Positions 12,118 to 27,589 of a stretch of 64,000 nucleotides of DNA are shown piece by piece. How positions within the stretch are numbered: position 1 is the first letter of the stretch; each line of letters opens with the position of its first letter. The notes beneath the pieces were generated by a model. That model was not told the origin of the DNA, did not search any database, and worked only from the letters and a program-made list of their open reading frames with translations. The DNA comes from Eledone cirrhosa (Eukaryota): positions 281,046,001 to 281,110,000 of the forward strand of contig OZ024742.1 of assembly GCA_964016885.1 (NCBI GenBank), given 5' to 3'. Position numbers and translations under genes: made by a program.

Positions 12118-12870
12118 TGCCCACATATTCCTGGGAGAGTACTCAAAGACGCCTTCTATCGGATCCTGCCAGAAGCAATCGCCAGCAACATATATACTGA
12201 TTATTAAAATACTTAATGAACTGAGTGGAATGGTTTTCACTGCCCTCATATACACATACTTGCAATTTATGTACCTCCATACAGTTATGCACACATATAT
12301 TTTCATTCGAGTCCCGGCTATCAAAATGGTGGATGGCTGTGATGATGTGTTGGAAGAACTAATCCATCTTGCGCGGCTCATTCTTTAGGCTATCAATCAC
12401 CATCCAAATCACAGTAAGTGATTCAAAGTTCCAGGACGTCAGATCGTTCCACCATCATAGCTAGGACGAAAACCTTATTAAAGAGCAACCAGTACTTCGT
12501 AATAATCATCCTGTTGAGCAATAGAGCCAGAGACTTACTCTAAATTAATTTATTGAAATGAATATATCCAACCACGCATTCCCATACACATTCTCATTAA
12601 ATGTTTAGACATTAATTACACTCACAAAGATGCAATTAATTGTTACATGTAACATTTCCTGACAGGTTACAGATCACTAGAGTTCACAAGAGGTTATATC
12701 GTAAGATTCATATAGTGTCACGCACATATATCATTTGTATTCAGAATATAAAAATAGCTATGTATATTAAGACACGTACGGTTGTAGACAAATGATTTAA
12801 CCAAATAAATCCCGTCCCGTCACAATATAAAACAATGCATATGAAAAAATAATTAAACGTTTGCAACAAC

Positions 12871-12931
12871 TGCCGTGATAGTATTTCAAACTTCAGTTAA
12901 CCTAGCATTCTAACCATTAGACTATCCTGGC
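12871..12931 (-). pseudogene. tRNA-His relic, internally deleted
   Basis: tgccgtga...taaccattagactatcctggc. Confidence 0.45.
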
Positions 12932-13290
12932 AAATGGATACCACTCGTCCGTGTGTGTTAATTTAAATCTTTAGCTATCATATGTTTCGTTCATTGTGAT
13001 CTCTGAAAATCTACAACACTATATACTTGTTTATGTAATGTTTACGTAACACTACTTTAGCTGACTTCCGAAACATTATTTCATACATGTAGATCTGAAG
13101 TTGAAGGAATTTTATGTATCAACGTATATAACAGGATGAATCTTAAACTAGCATATGTTACTGTATAAATACGTTGTTTACACACATCTGAAATTCCTCT
13201 TTTGTTTCAATGATGACCACCACATTTCTGTTATATTCACATTAAATAGCATATTTCTCTGCATATATATCTATTTGTCGAACCTTCAGT

Positions 13291-13365
13291 TGCCAGCATT
13301 CAAATCAGGATTACCACCAAGGCCACAATGTGGGATCATATTAGCAATCAGCAATCAGCAATCAC
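13291..13365 (-). pseudogene. tRNA-His relic
   Basis: ccagcattcaaatcaggattaccacc..ggccacaatgtggg. Confidence 0.45.
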
Positions 13366-13866
13366 CAATTTTAAAAGAGTAGAAACAAGTAATATGTTGA
13401 CCCTAGTTTTACAGAGCTCATGTTCATTTCAGATCTACCGTCATAATGTGCGTTATTTTAGCCTGTCCCACACTTGATATTAGTCATTTTAATTAATCCG
13501 AAATAGTCTGCTGAGCCTAGTTTTAAATATATTTCATATGTGAACATTAGTTTTACTAGTTTCCGCTTATATTATTCAGCCGTTACTAGGAATGTTAAGT
13601 TTCCTTATCCTATAGAGAGTACGATTTTATTTGTAACAAAGAGAGGAGAAAATGATAAAGGAAGAGTGAAATAGAGAGAGGCAGAAACCTAAAGCGAAGG
13701 ATGAACTGAACCAATCTATTGGGAGAATGTGTGAGAAATATAAGGAGAAAAAGTATAAGTATCATCTACACATACATATAAATACACATTCACATACACA
13801 CACTCACAAACTCACTCTCAATATCTATATATATATATGTATATATTCACACACACTTACACAACA

Positions 13867-13951
<85 letters not shown>

Positions 13952-13994
13952 CGCGATGAATTAGTTTAGCGAGGTTTTTTATATGACATCGTGT

Positions 13995-15133
13995 GTCGAA
14001 ACAGATATTGTTATACTTGGGGAGGGTCATATTTGCGTAATATTGCCAGAATTAATAACAGAACTTAGCTAACCAGTGTAGAAAGGCCCTGAGAAAGACC
14101 CACTTAAAAATAAATGTGGTAGAAAAGCCAGGAACCACCATGAAATCCCTGATCAGCAAAACCTAACCTTTAAGAAAACCCACTGTACCAATAGGAAATG
14201 TATCATATGTAAGGTAAACCCCCGGATAAACTGTAAACTAGAAACGTAGTCTATAGCATAAGATGTACAGAGGGTACTTGCAGAAACATGACAACAAATA
14301 CATAGGTGAGACAGCTCGTAGCATAGGTGAAAGGATAGACAAACACTGGGGGGAACTAAAGGACGAAAAAACGGTCAGTACTATACGAACATGCTAGACA
14401 ACAACATGACGGTAACATAGACAACATAGAAATTAGATAATATCTAAACATAGGAATGACCCAGCAGATAGGAAAATCAGAGAGGCCAGTGAAATAGAAA
14501 TTAGAAGACCAAAGCTAAACAGAAAGAATGAGTGGCAACAACAACAACACCCAAACAAACAACACTGACCTAAGAGAAGTATAATAAGTAAATAAATAAA
14601 ATAAAATAAAATAAAATAAAATAAAATAAAAATAAGATAAATAAATACATACACAAGCACAATAACAACAAGCACATAAACACACACTAGTCACCCAGCA
14701 GACACAACACTATACACACTAGTCACACAGCACACATAACACTATACACACACGCAAACGCATGCGCAAAGAAGACAAAATAAAATAAAATAAAATAAAC
14801 AAACAAGCAAATAAATAAATAAATATATCGACAGACTGAATAAAAAATGGCGTAGACATACACACAACAGGAGGAAAAAATATAACACCACTGACGATGT
14901 TGCAAGATGTGCACGAAAGATTTATGTAAATTATGTAAACTATATATATGTGTTTGTGTCTATATTGTATCTGTATTATTTTTGACCGTCGGTCAATCAA
15001 TGGCAACATTGAGGACCGAGTAAGTTAGATCGCAGATAGAAAAGACAGCGAGAAGCGAAAACCAACCAAACAGTGAGTGTGTTCTGTTATTAATTCTGGC
15101 AATATTACGCAAATATGACCCTCCCAAAGTATA

Positions 15134-15140
<7 letters not shown>
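13995..15140 (+). mobile_element. 5'-truncated Penelope-like element (Neptune-type), GIY-YIG relic with inverted 5' pLTR
   Basis: ~14175-14570 translates with frameshifts to CTNRKCIIC..NC.TRNVVYSIRC.EG.C..YIGETARSIGERIDKH; ~14008-14065 is inverted relative to ~15081-15140; HHR relic CTGACGA...GAAA at ~14887-14928. Confidence 0.7.
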
Positions 15141-15169
<29 letters not shown>

Positions 15170-15172
<3 letters not shown>

Positions 15173-15367
15173 ACAAAGGAAGTGTGGTAAGGAACCAGGT
15201 GGACCATAACTCACCAGAGTACTCGATGCTTTGGGGTAGTAGAGTGGGTAATACGAAATGCTTCAGGATCCCGACGGCAGAGCTCAAGCCGTTTCGACGG
15301 CTATTTCTGGGGTCAAGAAATAGCCGTCGAAACGGCTTGAACTCTGCCCTCGGGGTCTGAATCTTTT

Positions 15368-15372
<5 letters not shown>
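15170..15372. mobile_element. PLE pLTR fragment folded into an inverted repeat (family of 27053-30150)
   Basis: Matches 27053-27190; cgacggcagagctcaagccgtttcgacggctatttct is followed by its reverse complement. Confidence 0.7.
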
Positions 15373-15405
<33 letters not shown>

Positions 15406-15409
15406 ACTA

Positions 15410-15455
15410 TGTATGTATACGTACATACATATATGTATACAGACGTACAGTAGCA

Positions 15456-15535
<80 letters not shown>

Positions 15536-15988
15536 CAGGTACACATACATATATGTACGTATCAGTTTAGCGGACGCTTATTATAACGCCCGCTTTGTTC
15601 GTTTGTAACAAACTGAACAGCCTGAATTTATGCCGTACGGTGTTAGGCAACCACGTCAACTTTTTTTTTTTTTTTTTTTTTTTTTGTTCAACACTGACAC
15701 AGGAACGATGTACTAGTTCAAGCTTGTTAGCTATCATCAGCACCGTATACCCTTCTGGCTGATGGTTGAACGTTCGAAAGTATATACTTTCCTCATGAAA
15801 ATTAACGGCTGTGCAGCCTCATTTGCATATCGAGTGAGTTATGTCGGCGAGGCGTACCGAAAACGATAAGTTGTAATAAATGAAACGAAATTTCATTTCT
15901 CACTCTTAGTACGGCACTTACTTAAATGTAAGTATGTATGTATACGTACATACATATATGTATACAGACGTACAGTAGCATGCATATA

Positions 15989-16076
<88 letters not shown>

Positions 16077-16516
16077 CAGGTACACATACATATATGTACG
16101 TATCAGTTAGCGGACGGCTTATTATAACGCCCGCTTTGTTGGTTTGTAAACAAACTGAACAGCCTGAATTTATGCCGTACGGTGTTAAGGCAACCACGTC
16201 ACCTTTTTGTTCAAACACTGACACAGGAACGATGAACTAGTTTCAAGCTTGTTAGCTATCATCAGCACCGTATACCCTTCTGCCAGATGGTTGAACGTTC
16301 GAAGTATATACTTTCCTTATGAAAATTAACGGCTGAACAGCCTAATTACCATATCAAGTGAGTATGTCGGCCAGGCTTACCGAAAACGATAAGTTGTAAT
16401 AAAATGAAAACGAAATTTCATTTCTCACTCTTAGTACGGCACTTACTTAATGTAAGTATGTATGTATAAGTACATACATATATGTATACAGACCTACAGT
16501 AGCATGCATATATATA

Positions 16517-16599
<83 letters not shown>

Positions 16600-16775
16600 T
16601 ATGCATGCTACTGTACGTCTGTATACATATATGATGTACTTATACATACACACTTACAACGATAAGTTTTAATAAAATGAAAACGAAATTTCATTTCTCA
16701 CTCTTAGGCGGCACTTACTTAAATGTAAGTATTGTATTACGTTCATACATATATGTTTACAGACGTACAGTAGCA

Positions 16776-16861
<86 letters not shown>

Positions 16862-17294
16862 CAGGTACACATACATATTTGTACGTATCAGTTTAGCGGA
16901 CGCTTATTATAACGCCCGCTTTGTTCGATTGTAAACAAACTGAACAGCCTGAAGTTTATGCGTACGGTGTTAAGGCAACCACGTCACCTTTTTGTTCAAC
17001 ACTGACACAGGAACGATGTACTAGTTTCAAGCTTGTTAGCTATCATCAGCACCGTATACCCTTCTGCCAGATGGTTGAACGTTCGAAAGTATATACATTC
17101 CTCATGAAAATTAACGGCTGAGCAGCCTAATTTGCATATCGAGTGAGTTATGTCGGCCAGGCGTACCGAAAACGATAAGTTGTAATAAAATGAAAACGAA
17201 ATTTCATTTCTCACTCTTAGTACGGCACTTACTTAAATGTAAGTATGTATGTATAAGTACATTACATATATGTATACAGACGTATAGTAGCATG

Positions 17295-17332
<38 letters not shown>

Positions 17333-17437
17333 CAGGTACACATACATATATGTACGTATCAGTTTAGCGGACGCTTATTATAACGCCCGCTGTGTTCGTT
17401 TTGTAAACTGATACGTACATATATATATGTGTACCTG

Positions 17438-17485
<48 letters not shown>

Positions 17486-17598
17486 TGCTACTGTACGTCT
17501 GTATACATATTTGTATGTACGTATACATACCATACTTACATTTAAGTAAGGGCCGTACTAAAAGTGAGAAATGAAATTTCGTTTTCATTTTATTACAA

Positions 17599-17602
<4 letters not shown>
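15410..17602 (-). mobile_element. second retrozyme-like tandem array (~520-540-bp units containing a TA tract) with inverted segments
   Basis: Three repeated units with HHRs at 15705-15746, 16229-16271 and 17013-17055; inverted pieces at ~16600-16655 and ~17408-17602. Confidence 0.8.
17013..17055 (-). ncRNA. type I hammerhead ribozyme
   Basis: ACGGTG-CTGATGA-tAGCT(aaca)AGCTt-GAAA-CTAG-TA-CATCGT; palindromic ACTAGT stem III; GUA site. Confidence 0.82.
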
Positions 17603-17642
<40 letters not shown>

Positions 17643-17649
17643 ATATACG

Positions 17650-17855
17650 TAGGTCCCGGGTTCAGTCGGGGATAACCACAGTAAGTAAGGTACTCAATAC
17701 ATGGCAGAGAAAATTTTTTTTATTTTATAGAAGGAGCTTCTACAGGACTAGTACTGTTTCATTCAGATGAAATCTTCAGGAAGCTTCCTGAGATTTCATC
17801 TGAATGAAACAGTACTAGTCCTGTAGAAGCTCCTTCTATAAATAAAAAAAAAATA
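17650..17855. mobile_element. pLTR fragment forming a palindrome of two head-to-head HHRs
   Basis: Arms ~17715-17783 and 17784-17852 centred on AAGCTT; minus arm 17735-17785 reads AGCTTC-CTGAAGA-tTTCAtcTGAAt-GAAA-CAG(tactagtc)CTG-TA-GAAGCT; plus arm has a 1-nt core deletion. Confidence 0.7.
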
Positions 17856-17889
17856 AATATATATATATATTATAATATATATCACCTTG

Positions 17890-18123
17890 ACCGACCAGTC
17901 TGTCGGGCGCCAAACGCCACCGCTGGTCACAGCACGTCGTGCAGTTTTAGCCATAAGATAACGCCATCCAACTGTCTGGCGGGCCAGCCGGTACTCATTT
18001 CTACAGCTGAGTAAACTGGAGCAACGTGAAATAAAGTGTCTTCCTCAAGGAAACAACACATCACCTGGTCCGAGAATTGAACTCACAACCTTTCGATCGC
18101 TCTAACCACTAAGCCATGCGCCT
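17890..18123 (-). mobile_element. tRNA-derived SINE, second family (CORE/Meta-like body)
   Basis: Head ggcgcatggcttagtggttagagc...gagttcaattc carries A/B boxes; body ccttgaggaagacact...ccagtttactcagctgtagaaatgagtacc. Confidence 0.7.
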
Positions 18124-18219
18124 ATATAAATATATATAAATATATATATATATATATTTTATATTTATATTTATATATGTATATATGTATATATATATAT
18201 ATATATATATGTTATATAT

Positions 18220-18282
<63 letters not shown>

Positions 18283-18565
18283 TATTAATTATGTCCATAG
18301 AATCAATTGATAAGATATATACACCCTTCCTCTCCCAATTAGTTTAATCAACCATACAAAAACAATTAAACCATGCTATAAGATTAAAAAGCACCTATGA
18401 AGAAATAATAGATAATTAAGCGACAGCCATCTATGCGCGATCAACAGTTATAGAATATTTACCCAGCATTTCAATAGCACGTGGAAATCGATTAAATATA
18501 TCGTCAACCATACACAATTAGGTATAAAATTAAAGTTAGAAGAAAAAATTGCATATAAACATACC

Positions 18566-18765
18566 NNNNNNNNNNNNNNNNNNNNNNNNNNNNNNNNNNN
18601 NNNNNNNNNNNNNNNNNNNNNNNNNNNNNNNNNNNNNNNNNNNNNNNNNNNNNNNNNNNNNNNNNNNNNNNNNNNNNNNNNNNNNNNNNNNNNNNNNNNN
18701 NNNNNNNNNNNNNNNNNNNNNNNNNNNNNNNNNNNNNNNNNNNNNNNNNNNNNNNNNNNNNNNNN
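18566..18765. other. assembly gap (200 N) with duplicated flanks
   Basis: 18057-18565 is repeated nearly identically at 18766-19303. Confidence 0.95.
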
Positions 18766-18837
18766 CACATCACCTGGTCCGAGAATTGAACTCACACCTT
18801 TCGATCGCTCTAACCACTAAGCCATGCGCCTATATAA

Positions 18838-18881
<44 letters not shown>

Positions 18882-18898
18882 TTATATATGTATATATG

Positions 18899-19019
<121 letters not shown>

Positions 19020-19710
19020 TATAAATTATGTCCATAGAATCAATTGATAAGATATATACACCCTTTCCTCTCCCAATTAGTATAATCAACCATACAAAAA
19101 ACAATTAAACCATGCTATAAGATTAAAAAGCACCTATGAAGAAATAATAGATAATTAAGCGACAGCCATCTATGCGCGATCAACAGTTATAGAATATTTA
19201 CCCAGCATTTCAATAGCACGTGGAAATCGATTAAATATATCGTCAACCATACACAATTAGGTATAAAATTAAAGTTAGAAGAAAAAATGCATATAAACAT
19301 ACCAGGATTACGTTTCAACCCTTTAGGTTTCATTCGATCAAGCATAAATTTCTGAGCTTCGAAATCATCAGGAGACAAATCACTTGTACGAAGATTTTTC
19401 TTAAATGATCCCCGCCAGAACCGAATTCAAAATGGCTAAGAACTGTGACGTGGCAGTGATGAAGTCAGAAAGAATGTGATTGATTGCCTTATGGCTAGTG
19501 GGACTGGTTGCTAGGAAGCGCAGCCTAATATTGCCTAAATTGCATCTCAACCTTATGGGAGATTGTCAAATATAAAGATTTACATATACACAAACTAGAG
19601 AAAGTCATAGAAATATATGTTTTTGGCAACCATTCACGATGTGCTCAATGATGAATTATAAATTAAATAATATATATATATATATGATATATATATATAT
19701 ATATTATATA

Positions 19711-19784
<74 letters not shown>

Positions 19785-19826
19785 GAGAGAGAGAGGATAC
19801 ACACATATATTTATATATATAAACAT

Positions 19827-19857
<31 letters not shown>

Positions 19858-19872
19858 CATATATATATGTAT

Positions 19873-20040
19873 ATATTGTTATACTTGGGGATGACCATGT
19901 TGTAATATATATTGCCAGAAATAATAACAGAACACACTCACTATTTGGTTGGTTTTCGCTTCTGTATCTTTTAGATTTCCATATTTAATTCATTCGGCCA
20001 TAAATGTTTATCAATGATTGACCAACGATCAAAAATACAG
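19873..20040 (-). mobile_element. PLE pLTR fragment (family of 13995-15140)
   Basis: Reverse-complement match to ~14965-15140. Confidence 0.65.
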
Positions 20041-20187
20041 ATATAAATACCATATATATATCCAAAAATTAATTAAATTAATTAAATTAAATTAAATTAA
20101 GGGAGTCATGTCCGAGACAATGCGCCATATCCACCGTAGAATGAGCTCAAAGATTCCAATGATTTATCCGAGCATTTTATATCAACG

Positions 20188-20483
20188 AGAAATTGATAGA
20201 CATATATATTTATTTAAAATAAACACATGAAAAAATCACAGTGGATAATTTGTAAAGTGTGTAATCACACATAGTTAGGTAAGGTAACTAATTAATGTTT
20301 AACTAGAGCTTCAAATATTACCTTTTAAAAATGATTAATCCTTTTTTAAAAGGTAATATTTGAAGCTCTAGTAAACTTTAATTAGTTACCTCCCTAACTA
20401 TGTGTGATTACACACTTTACAAATTATCGCCTGTGATTGTTTCATGTGTTTATTTTAAATATATGTATATGTCAATCAATTTC
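20188..20483. repeat. ~295-bp imperfect palindrome
   Basis: Arms ...taatttgtaaagtgtgtaatcacacatagttagg...ctagagcttcaaatattaccttttaaaa and their reverse complement, centred near 20336. Confidence 0.85.
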
Positions 20484-20774
20484 TAGTTGATATAATACAA
20501 ATATATAGTCTAAAAAAGTTCTTTCGTTGCACATCTGCAACATCATCAGTGTTACTATTTTGTTTCTCCTGTTGTATTGTATGTCTACTCCATACAATAT
20601 TATTACAACAATATGACCCATGCAATATTATTACAACATGATCCTCCCTAAGTATGACAATATTTGTTTCGACATACGATTTGATATAAAAAACCTTGCA
20701 AAACAAATCACCGCCGTAATTATATATAAATATTTCGTTTCTGAATTTGTTTAGCAAGATTCTTTATCTGAAAA

Positions 20775-21900
20775 CGTGTGTTGAAACCGATATTGTTATG
20801 CTTTGGGAGGGTCATGTTGCCAATAAGAAACACACGCACCAGTTGCTTCACTCCAATTTATTATAAATTAAATTTATAATTTAAGAATTTATTAATTTCC
20901 GGTTGGATGGTTCCACAACAGGAAGGTTGTTCATATATTGTCAAAGTTCTTTCGTCACACATTATGTGACCTCTTCAGTGACTGGGTATTCTTTTCTTTG
21001 TTTTTGTGCCTCTCCTTTGTTCTGTCCTACGCCATCTTGTTGTTGTGTGTGTTTTGTGCTTAGTTTGCGCGTGTGTTACATCCGGGTGTATGTGTGTGTT
21101 TATATTTGTTTATTTATTTGTTTATTTACATGTTACTGGTTGGTTGTTTGTTCAATGTGTGTGTGTGTTTTCATGTTGTCCTTAATTGTAAGTTGTGATG
21201 TTGCAATTCCATTCATGTTTTCTATTTAATTTTGGTTGGAGTTCATTTATTTTAATTGCCTCTGTGATGTGTCTAAACATTGCGTCTTTTCTGTGTGTAG
21301 ATTCTATTTTCATTTCTGTTCTCTAATTGCCCTTATGTTCTATTTTTAGCATGTTGGTGGAGTACAGATGATTCTTTTCTATCTTGAAGCTCTCGCCAGT
21401 GTTCATTTATCCGTTCTCCTATACTATCGAGCTGTCCTCACCTATGTACACTATATTCTTATCTCTACATTGTCCTTCACGAAATCTTATGCTATATACT
21501 ACATTTCTAGTTTTACAGTTAATATGAGGCATTAGTTTACAAGATTATACATTTCTTATCTATACAGGGAGGTCTTTGAAAAGGGTATGTATTGCTAATA
21601 AGTGTTTTTATGGAGATACCTGGTCTTTCTACTATCTTAATATTGAGTTTATGTTTATGTACGGCCCTTCTAAATTTGTAAGCTAATTCACCTCTAGGGA
21701 TTGCATTGATGAACATTACACTCTGGTATGTATTGCTATCATGCCATGAGTTTATTCTATTAACCTTATTCTAGTTCTTCTATTCTATTCCAAAATTTGC
21801 TCCTATACAAGGGGCAGGTCCCATTTGTAACATATTTACCATTTTTTCCCATTTGTTCTGGCTCCTCTGTATACTCTGATTTTACCTCTCTGATTGTAAC
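20775..21900 (-). mobile_element. degenerate Neptune-type PLE: GIY-YIG relic plus pLTR with HHR relic
   Basis: Minus strand ~21420-21530 gives NCKTRNVVYSIRFREGQC..VYIGE; HHR-like GTCA-CTGAAGA-gGTCACA..TGTGAC-GAAA-GAAC-TT-TGAC at 20940-20982. Confidence 0.65.
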
Positions 21901-21922
21901 CATAGAACTGCATACACACACA

Positions 21923-22055
<133 letters not shown>

Positions 22056-22479
22056 TATATACGACGAATAGCTTAACTTCGATGAAACGAAATTGACATT
22101 ATATATATATTCATAAGGATACACTTCAAAAAGACTTTAGAGTGAGAGATAGAGATAGAGTAGGAAAGCAAAGAGAATGAGATAAAAAAATTAGCTGCGA
22201 CTTCAGGACGTGCGTATTTCAGCTGCTTCTTTTTTTCTATATATCTTGCTGAAGTGTATCTTAACGAACATTTTTATAACTAACATTAAACCATTCAATG
22301 GACGAATAAAAGGAGTTATAATTGAAAAAAGCTGTCATTTTTGATGGCACAATTAGTTATAACTATATACATACTGTTGTGATCCACTACTTACAGTGTG
22401 CAGCATTCGCTCTTGCGTTTAGGAATTAAAGGTGATAATTGGGAATATTCTGGTTTGCAAGTTCAGAATTATATGACCC

Positions 22480-22870
22480 ACCATTTTGAATCGAGGTGAC
22501 TAGGTCATTACTCATTGTGATGTACAACGGTAGCGATATATCAGCCAATGTATAGGATAAGAATGAATAAAAAAATCCCCGACAATCCGAGGGAGACCTC
22601 GATGAATAAATTCGGGGCAAACGACTGCTTTGATGTTGCTGGGGGAACGTTTGACATCGAGCATATTTGTTATTTGGTGGGGCTTTTATTCTGGAAAAAT
22701 TGCGCACGTAATTCCAGGATTTCCAGACGGGTTTATACCGTGAGGATGGTGTGACCATCACGAGCCGTAAAAAAGGTCAAGACCTCGACACATTTACAAA
22801 AGAGTTAATCACTAGATTTAGTCATATAGGCCTAAAAGTCACCGTATCCACCAACCACACTAGTGTTAAC
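22480..22870 (+). pseudogene. PLE reverse transcriptase relic
   Basis: GLYREDG...FTKELITRFSHIGLKVTVSTNHTSVN resembles GLYRDDG...FFRDWGFKITLQTSLTRVN of ORF 27590. Confidence 0.6.
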
Positions 22871-23118
22871 TAGTGAGATTGTATAAACACACATATAAGG
22901 CTCCAATAACACCCCCCCCCCATATGTATGCACATTCAATACAGAAGCATATGGGTATTCAAATACATACGCAAATATATATTATATTAATATAGTACTA
23001 CTAATTTCAAAAACGGAAGTGTATTAGTTGAATATCTAAATATGTGTGTATTGTTGCGCAGACGTGCTGACGCTCGCACCTACGTACATATACATATATA
23101 TACATACCGACAATAATA

Positions 23119-23270
23119 TACGAGGTATGTCAGAAAAGTTGCAGGACTGACGTCACAAAAGAGTTATTTCAAACCCAAACTTCACACTAATAGTTTTCTC
23201 CTTCAAAGTAATCCCCCTAGAGTCTAATGCACTTTTCCATCCTTTTCTGCCATGCTTGCATGCACTCCTG
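23119..23270 (-). mobile_element. mariner transposon 3' end fragment
   Basis: TA-CGAGG TIR start; minus strand encodes ...RMEKCIRL*GDYFEGE, a mariner transposase C-terminus. Confidence 0.7.
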
Positions 23271-23376
23271 GAACGATTCTTCCGGGATCCTCCGCAGTTC
23301 CGTCGTCACGTTATAATAGTATCTGTGATTCAACACACATTTTCAGAAAATAAATCTTACAAAACAAATGATGAAA

Positions 23377-23412
<36 letters not shown>

Positions 23413-24484
23413 ACGATATTTATAAAGGGAAACTATCTTTAAAAAAACATATTTATTTTATTATATATATTTCAAGGGTACCCAAATTTTGGTACGCCCT
23501 CATCAGATAAAATAAAAACATTGTTTTACAGAGCGTGACATATTCAAAATATGAACTTAACGTTTTGAGATCTGTTTGATTAGTGAAAGATTTCAAATCA
23601 TACGATGAAACTGCTAATGAGGATAACGTTAAAATTGAAAAATATCGTTATGTTTAGACGCTAGGTAAATTTAAATAATTATTAGGATTATTTTTTAAAG
23701 GAAAAAGACATAGAGGTTATTATTAGTGTGGAAGAAAAATTAAGGAAAGATTTTAAGAAAAAATATATTAATATGCTCCATACAATTATATACATATATT
23801 CATATTAATAGTCAATTATTACCTTTAATATAATTTTTCTTGAAATCTATCCTTAATTTTTTTGCATGAATATATATAAATATACATATATATATAAATT
23901 ACCTGGAGAGATGATCCTTTAGCCTTTGTCAAGGCAGAATTCTAGGAGAAGGAAAACTCTGATATAGCACCTGCAATCCTGATGGTATCCAATGATGTTG
24001 ACTTGTTCTTCTTTTTGGTAAATATCATCTTGGTTAAGAGAGTGGGACTGGCTTTGTGCAGTGCCTTTGCTCACTATAAAAGCTTCACGACACAGGCATT
24101 GCTTTATATCTGGAGATCTCTCTGCACTTGTCGTCACATGGTATAATGGGCCCAGCACGATGTGTCAGTAATTGTCACAAGTGTAGTGTTTGTACCAGAG
24201 TTTTCAAGTCGCTGGCTGTACTAAAAAGTCACACTCATTCAGTGCATCGGTAGGGGTTCTGCTACATGGATATAAAGTAGTGGCCGTACTCGAAAACGAG
24301 TTGGCAGCCACCATATATATATATATACAGATTAAATTTTAAGTAAATAATCGGTGCTTTCACCCTTAACGGGATCTTCTGAAACTATAATAGTTTGCTC
24401 TAGGGTTCTTATATATTTCATATATATTTATCCTTATCGAGCCCTCTTTGGAGATTTTAGTCATCATCTTTATTGTTATTATTA

Positions 24485-25620
<1,136 letters not shown>

Positions 25621-25646
25621 TATATATATATACATACATATATATG

Positions 25647-25742
<96 letters not shown>

Positions 25743-25771
25743 CATATGTATATATATATATATGGTAATAA

Positions 25772-25814
<43 letters not shown>

Positions 25815-25815
25815 A

Positions 25816-26004
25816 TAATTGTTTCTACATTAGGCACAAGGCCAGCAATCAACCAGTGCATTACTGGTACTTTATGTTATCGACCCCGTAAGAATGAAAG
25901 GCAAAGTCAACCTCGGGGGGATTTGAACTCAAATCGTAAAGGGACGTAACTATGCTGGAAAGCATGGCGTCCGACCCTCTACCGATACTGCCAATCCACC
26001 GCCC
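25816..26004 (-). mobile_element. full-length tRNA-derived SINE (Nin/Deu-like)
   Basis: Head ggcggtggattggcagtatcggtagag...gagttcaaatccc; body gcctttcat.cttacggggtcgata. Confidence 0.8.
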
Positions 26005-26175
26005 TATATATATAGTAATAATAATAATAAAAATGAAGACTAAAATCCAAAGAGGGCTCGATAAGGATAAATATATACAAAATATATAAGAACCCCAGAC
26101 GAAATGTCTTTTTAGTATCAGAAGATCCCGTTACGAGTGAAAGGAGCGATTCTTTGCTTAAACTTTAATCTGTTA

Positions 26176-26232
<57 letters not shown>

Positions 26233-26980
26233 ATAACAGATTAAAGTTTAAGCAATATATATATATTTATTAAAATAACAGATTAAAATTTAATCAAATA
26301 ATCGCTGCTTTCACCCTTATAGATCTTCTGAAACTAAAACGAAATCAATCTGTGAACTCAGAAGTAAATATTTCGAAAAAAGTTGCAGCCGAGGGAAAAT
26401 AAGGAGACAATACGTTGGTTTGTGGAGACTTTCCCTGGCATTGAACGGAAGATAATACGTCGTTATGTGGAGAGAAGAGAACAATTACACACAGAGACAA
26501 AACCACGTTTATGGTATAAATTGAGTTGTATTCTATTTAGGAATACAACAAATGATTCTCGGCTTCGGAGTTAAGAATAATGTAAATCAATTAGATGAAC
26601 GAAAATGACGGAGATTATTAATAATAATATTAAATATATACATACACGCAATGCCATGTATGCATATACATGCGCGTACACATAAACACGCTCACAAGCA
26701 CGTATATCGACACCACTCATATACCCACACACATACTAACGTATACACCAAATACACATATAAATGTATGTGTGTGTGCGTGTATATATACATATAATTA
26801 TATATACATATATACATATACATTATACATGCATACGTACACGCATACATACATATTCATAAACACCCACATATATATATAAAAATATCTATATAAATCC
26901 ACAAACGCAAAACAAATATAATACATACTCATAAGAATACACTCATACCCATACATCCACACACACACACCCACACACGC

Positions 26981-27055
<75 letters not shown>

Positions 27056-27589
27056 ACGAAGGAAATGTGGTAAGGAACCAGGTGGACCATAACGCACCAA
27101 AGTACTCAATACTTGGGGTAGTTAGTGGGTAATAGGAACCGGTAAGACCCCGACGGCTGAGCTCAAGCCGTTTCGACGGCTAATTCTGGACTAAATGAAA
27201 ATTTATCCTGGTATTTAAATAGCCGATCTTCTCAAGGAGTAATTCCATATATGGTCAAAGTGATTGTCAAAAGTCAGTAGTAATTCTGTGATAGCAAGAC
27301 CCACGGACACCATATTTCACACTGAAGGACCATAAATCCGATTTTGACCGTAAACACTCTATCAGGCTTATTAACCCAACGAAGTCCGACATAGGGAGAA
27401 TCAGCAAACAAATCCTAGACCGCGTGATACCAAAAGTCAAGCAACACACCCGACTTAGCCTATGGATCAACACCCAGGAATAATCTCATGGTTTAGCAAT
27501 ATGAAGGATAAACGAGTCACTAAATTCATACAGTTCGACATAGATCACCTTACCGCTACTTACTGCCGCTCTGGACTTCGCCGAAACAC

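Noticed and set aside
11839-12388. Poly-K/E/R/F/S ORFs
   Set aside because: Translations of the (TTC)n microsatellite.
12118-12620. Possible LINE 3' end with a (GAA)n tail
   Set aside because: No recognisable protein motif or second copy to support it.
23900-24315. PLE endonuclease C-terminal relic (ORF 23919-24158)
   Set aside because: Only a weak REAFI-like motif; insufficient support.
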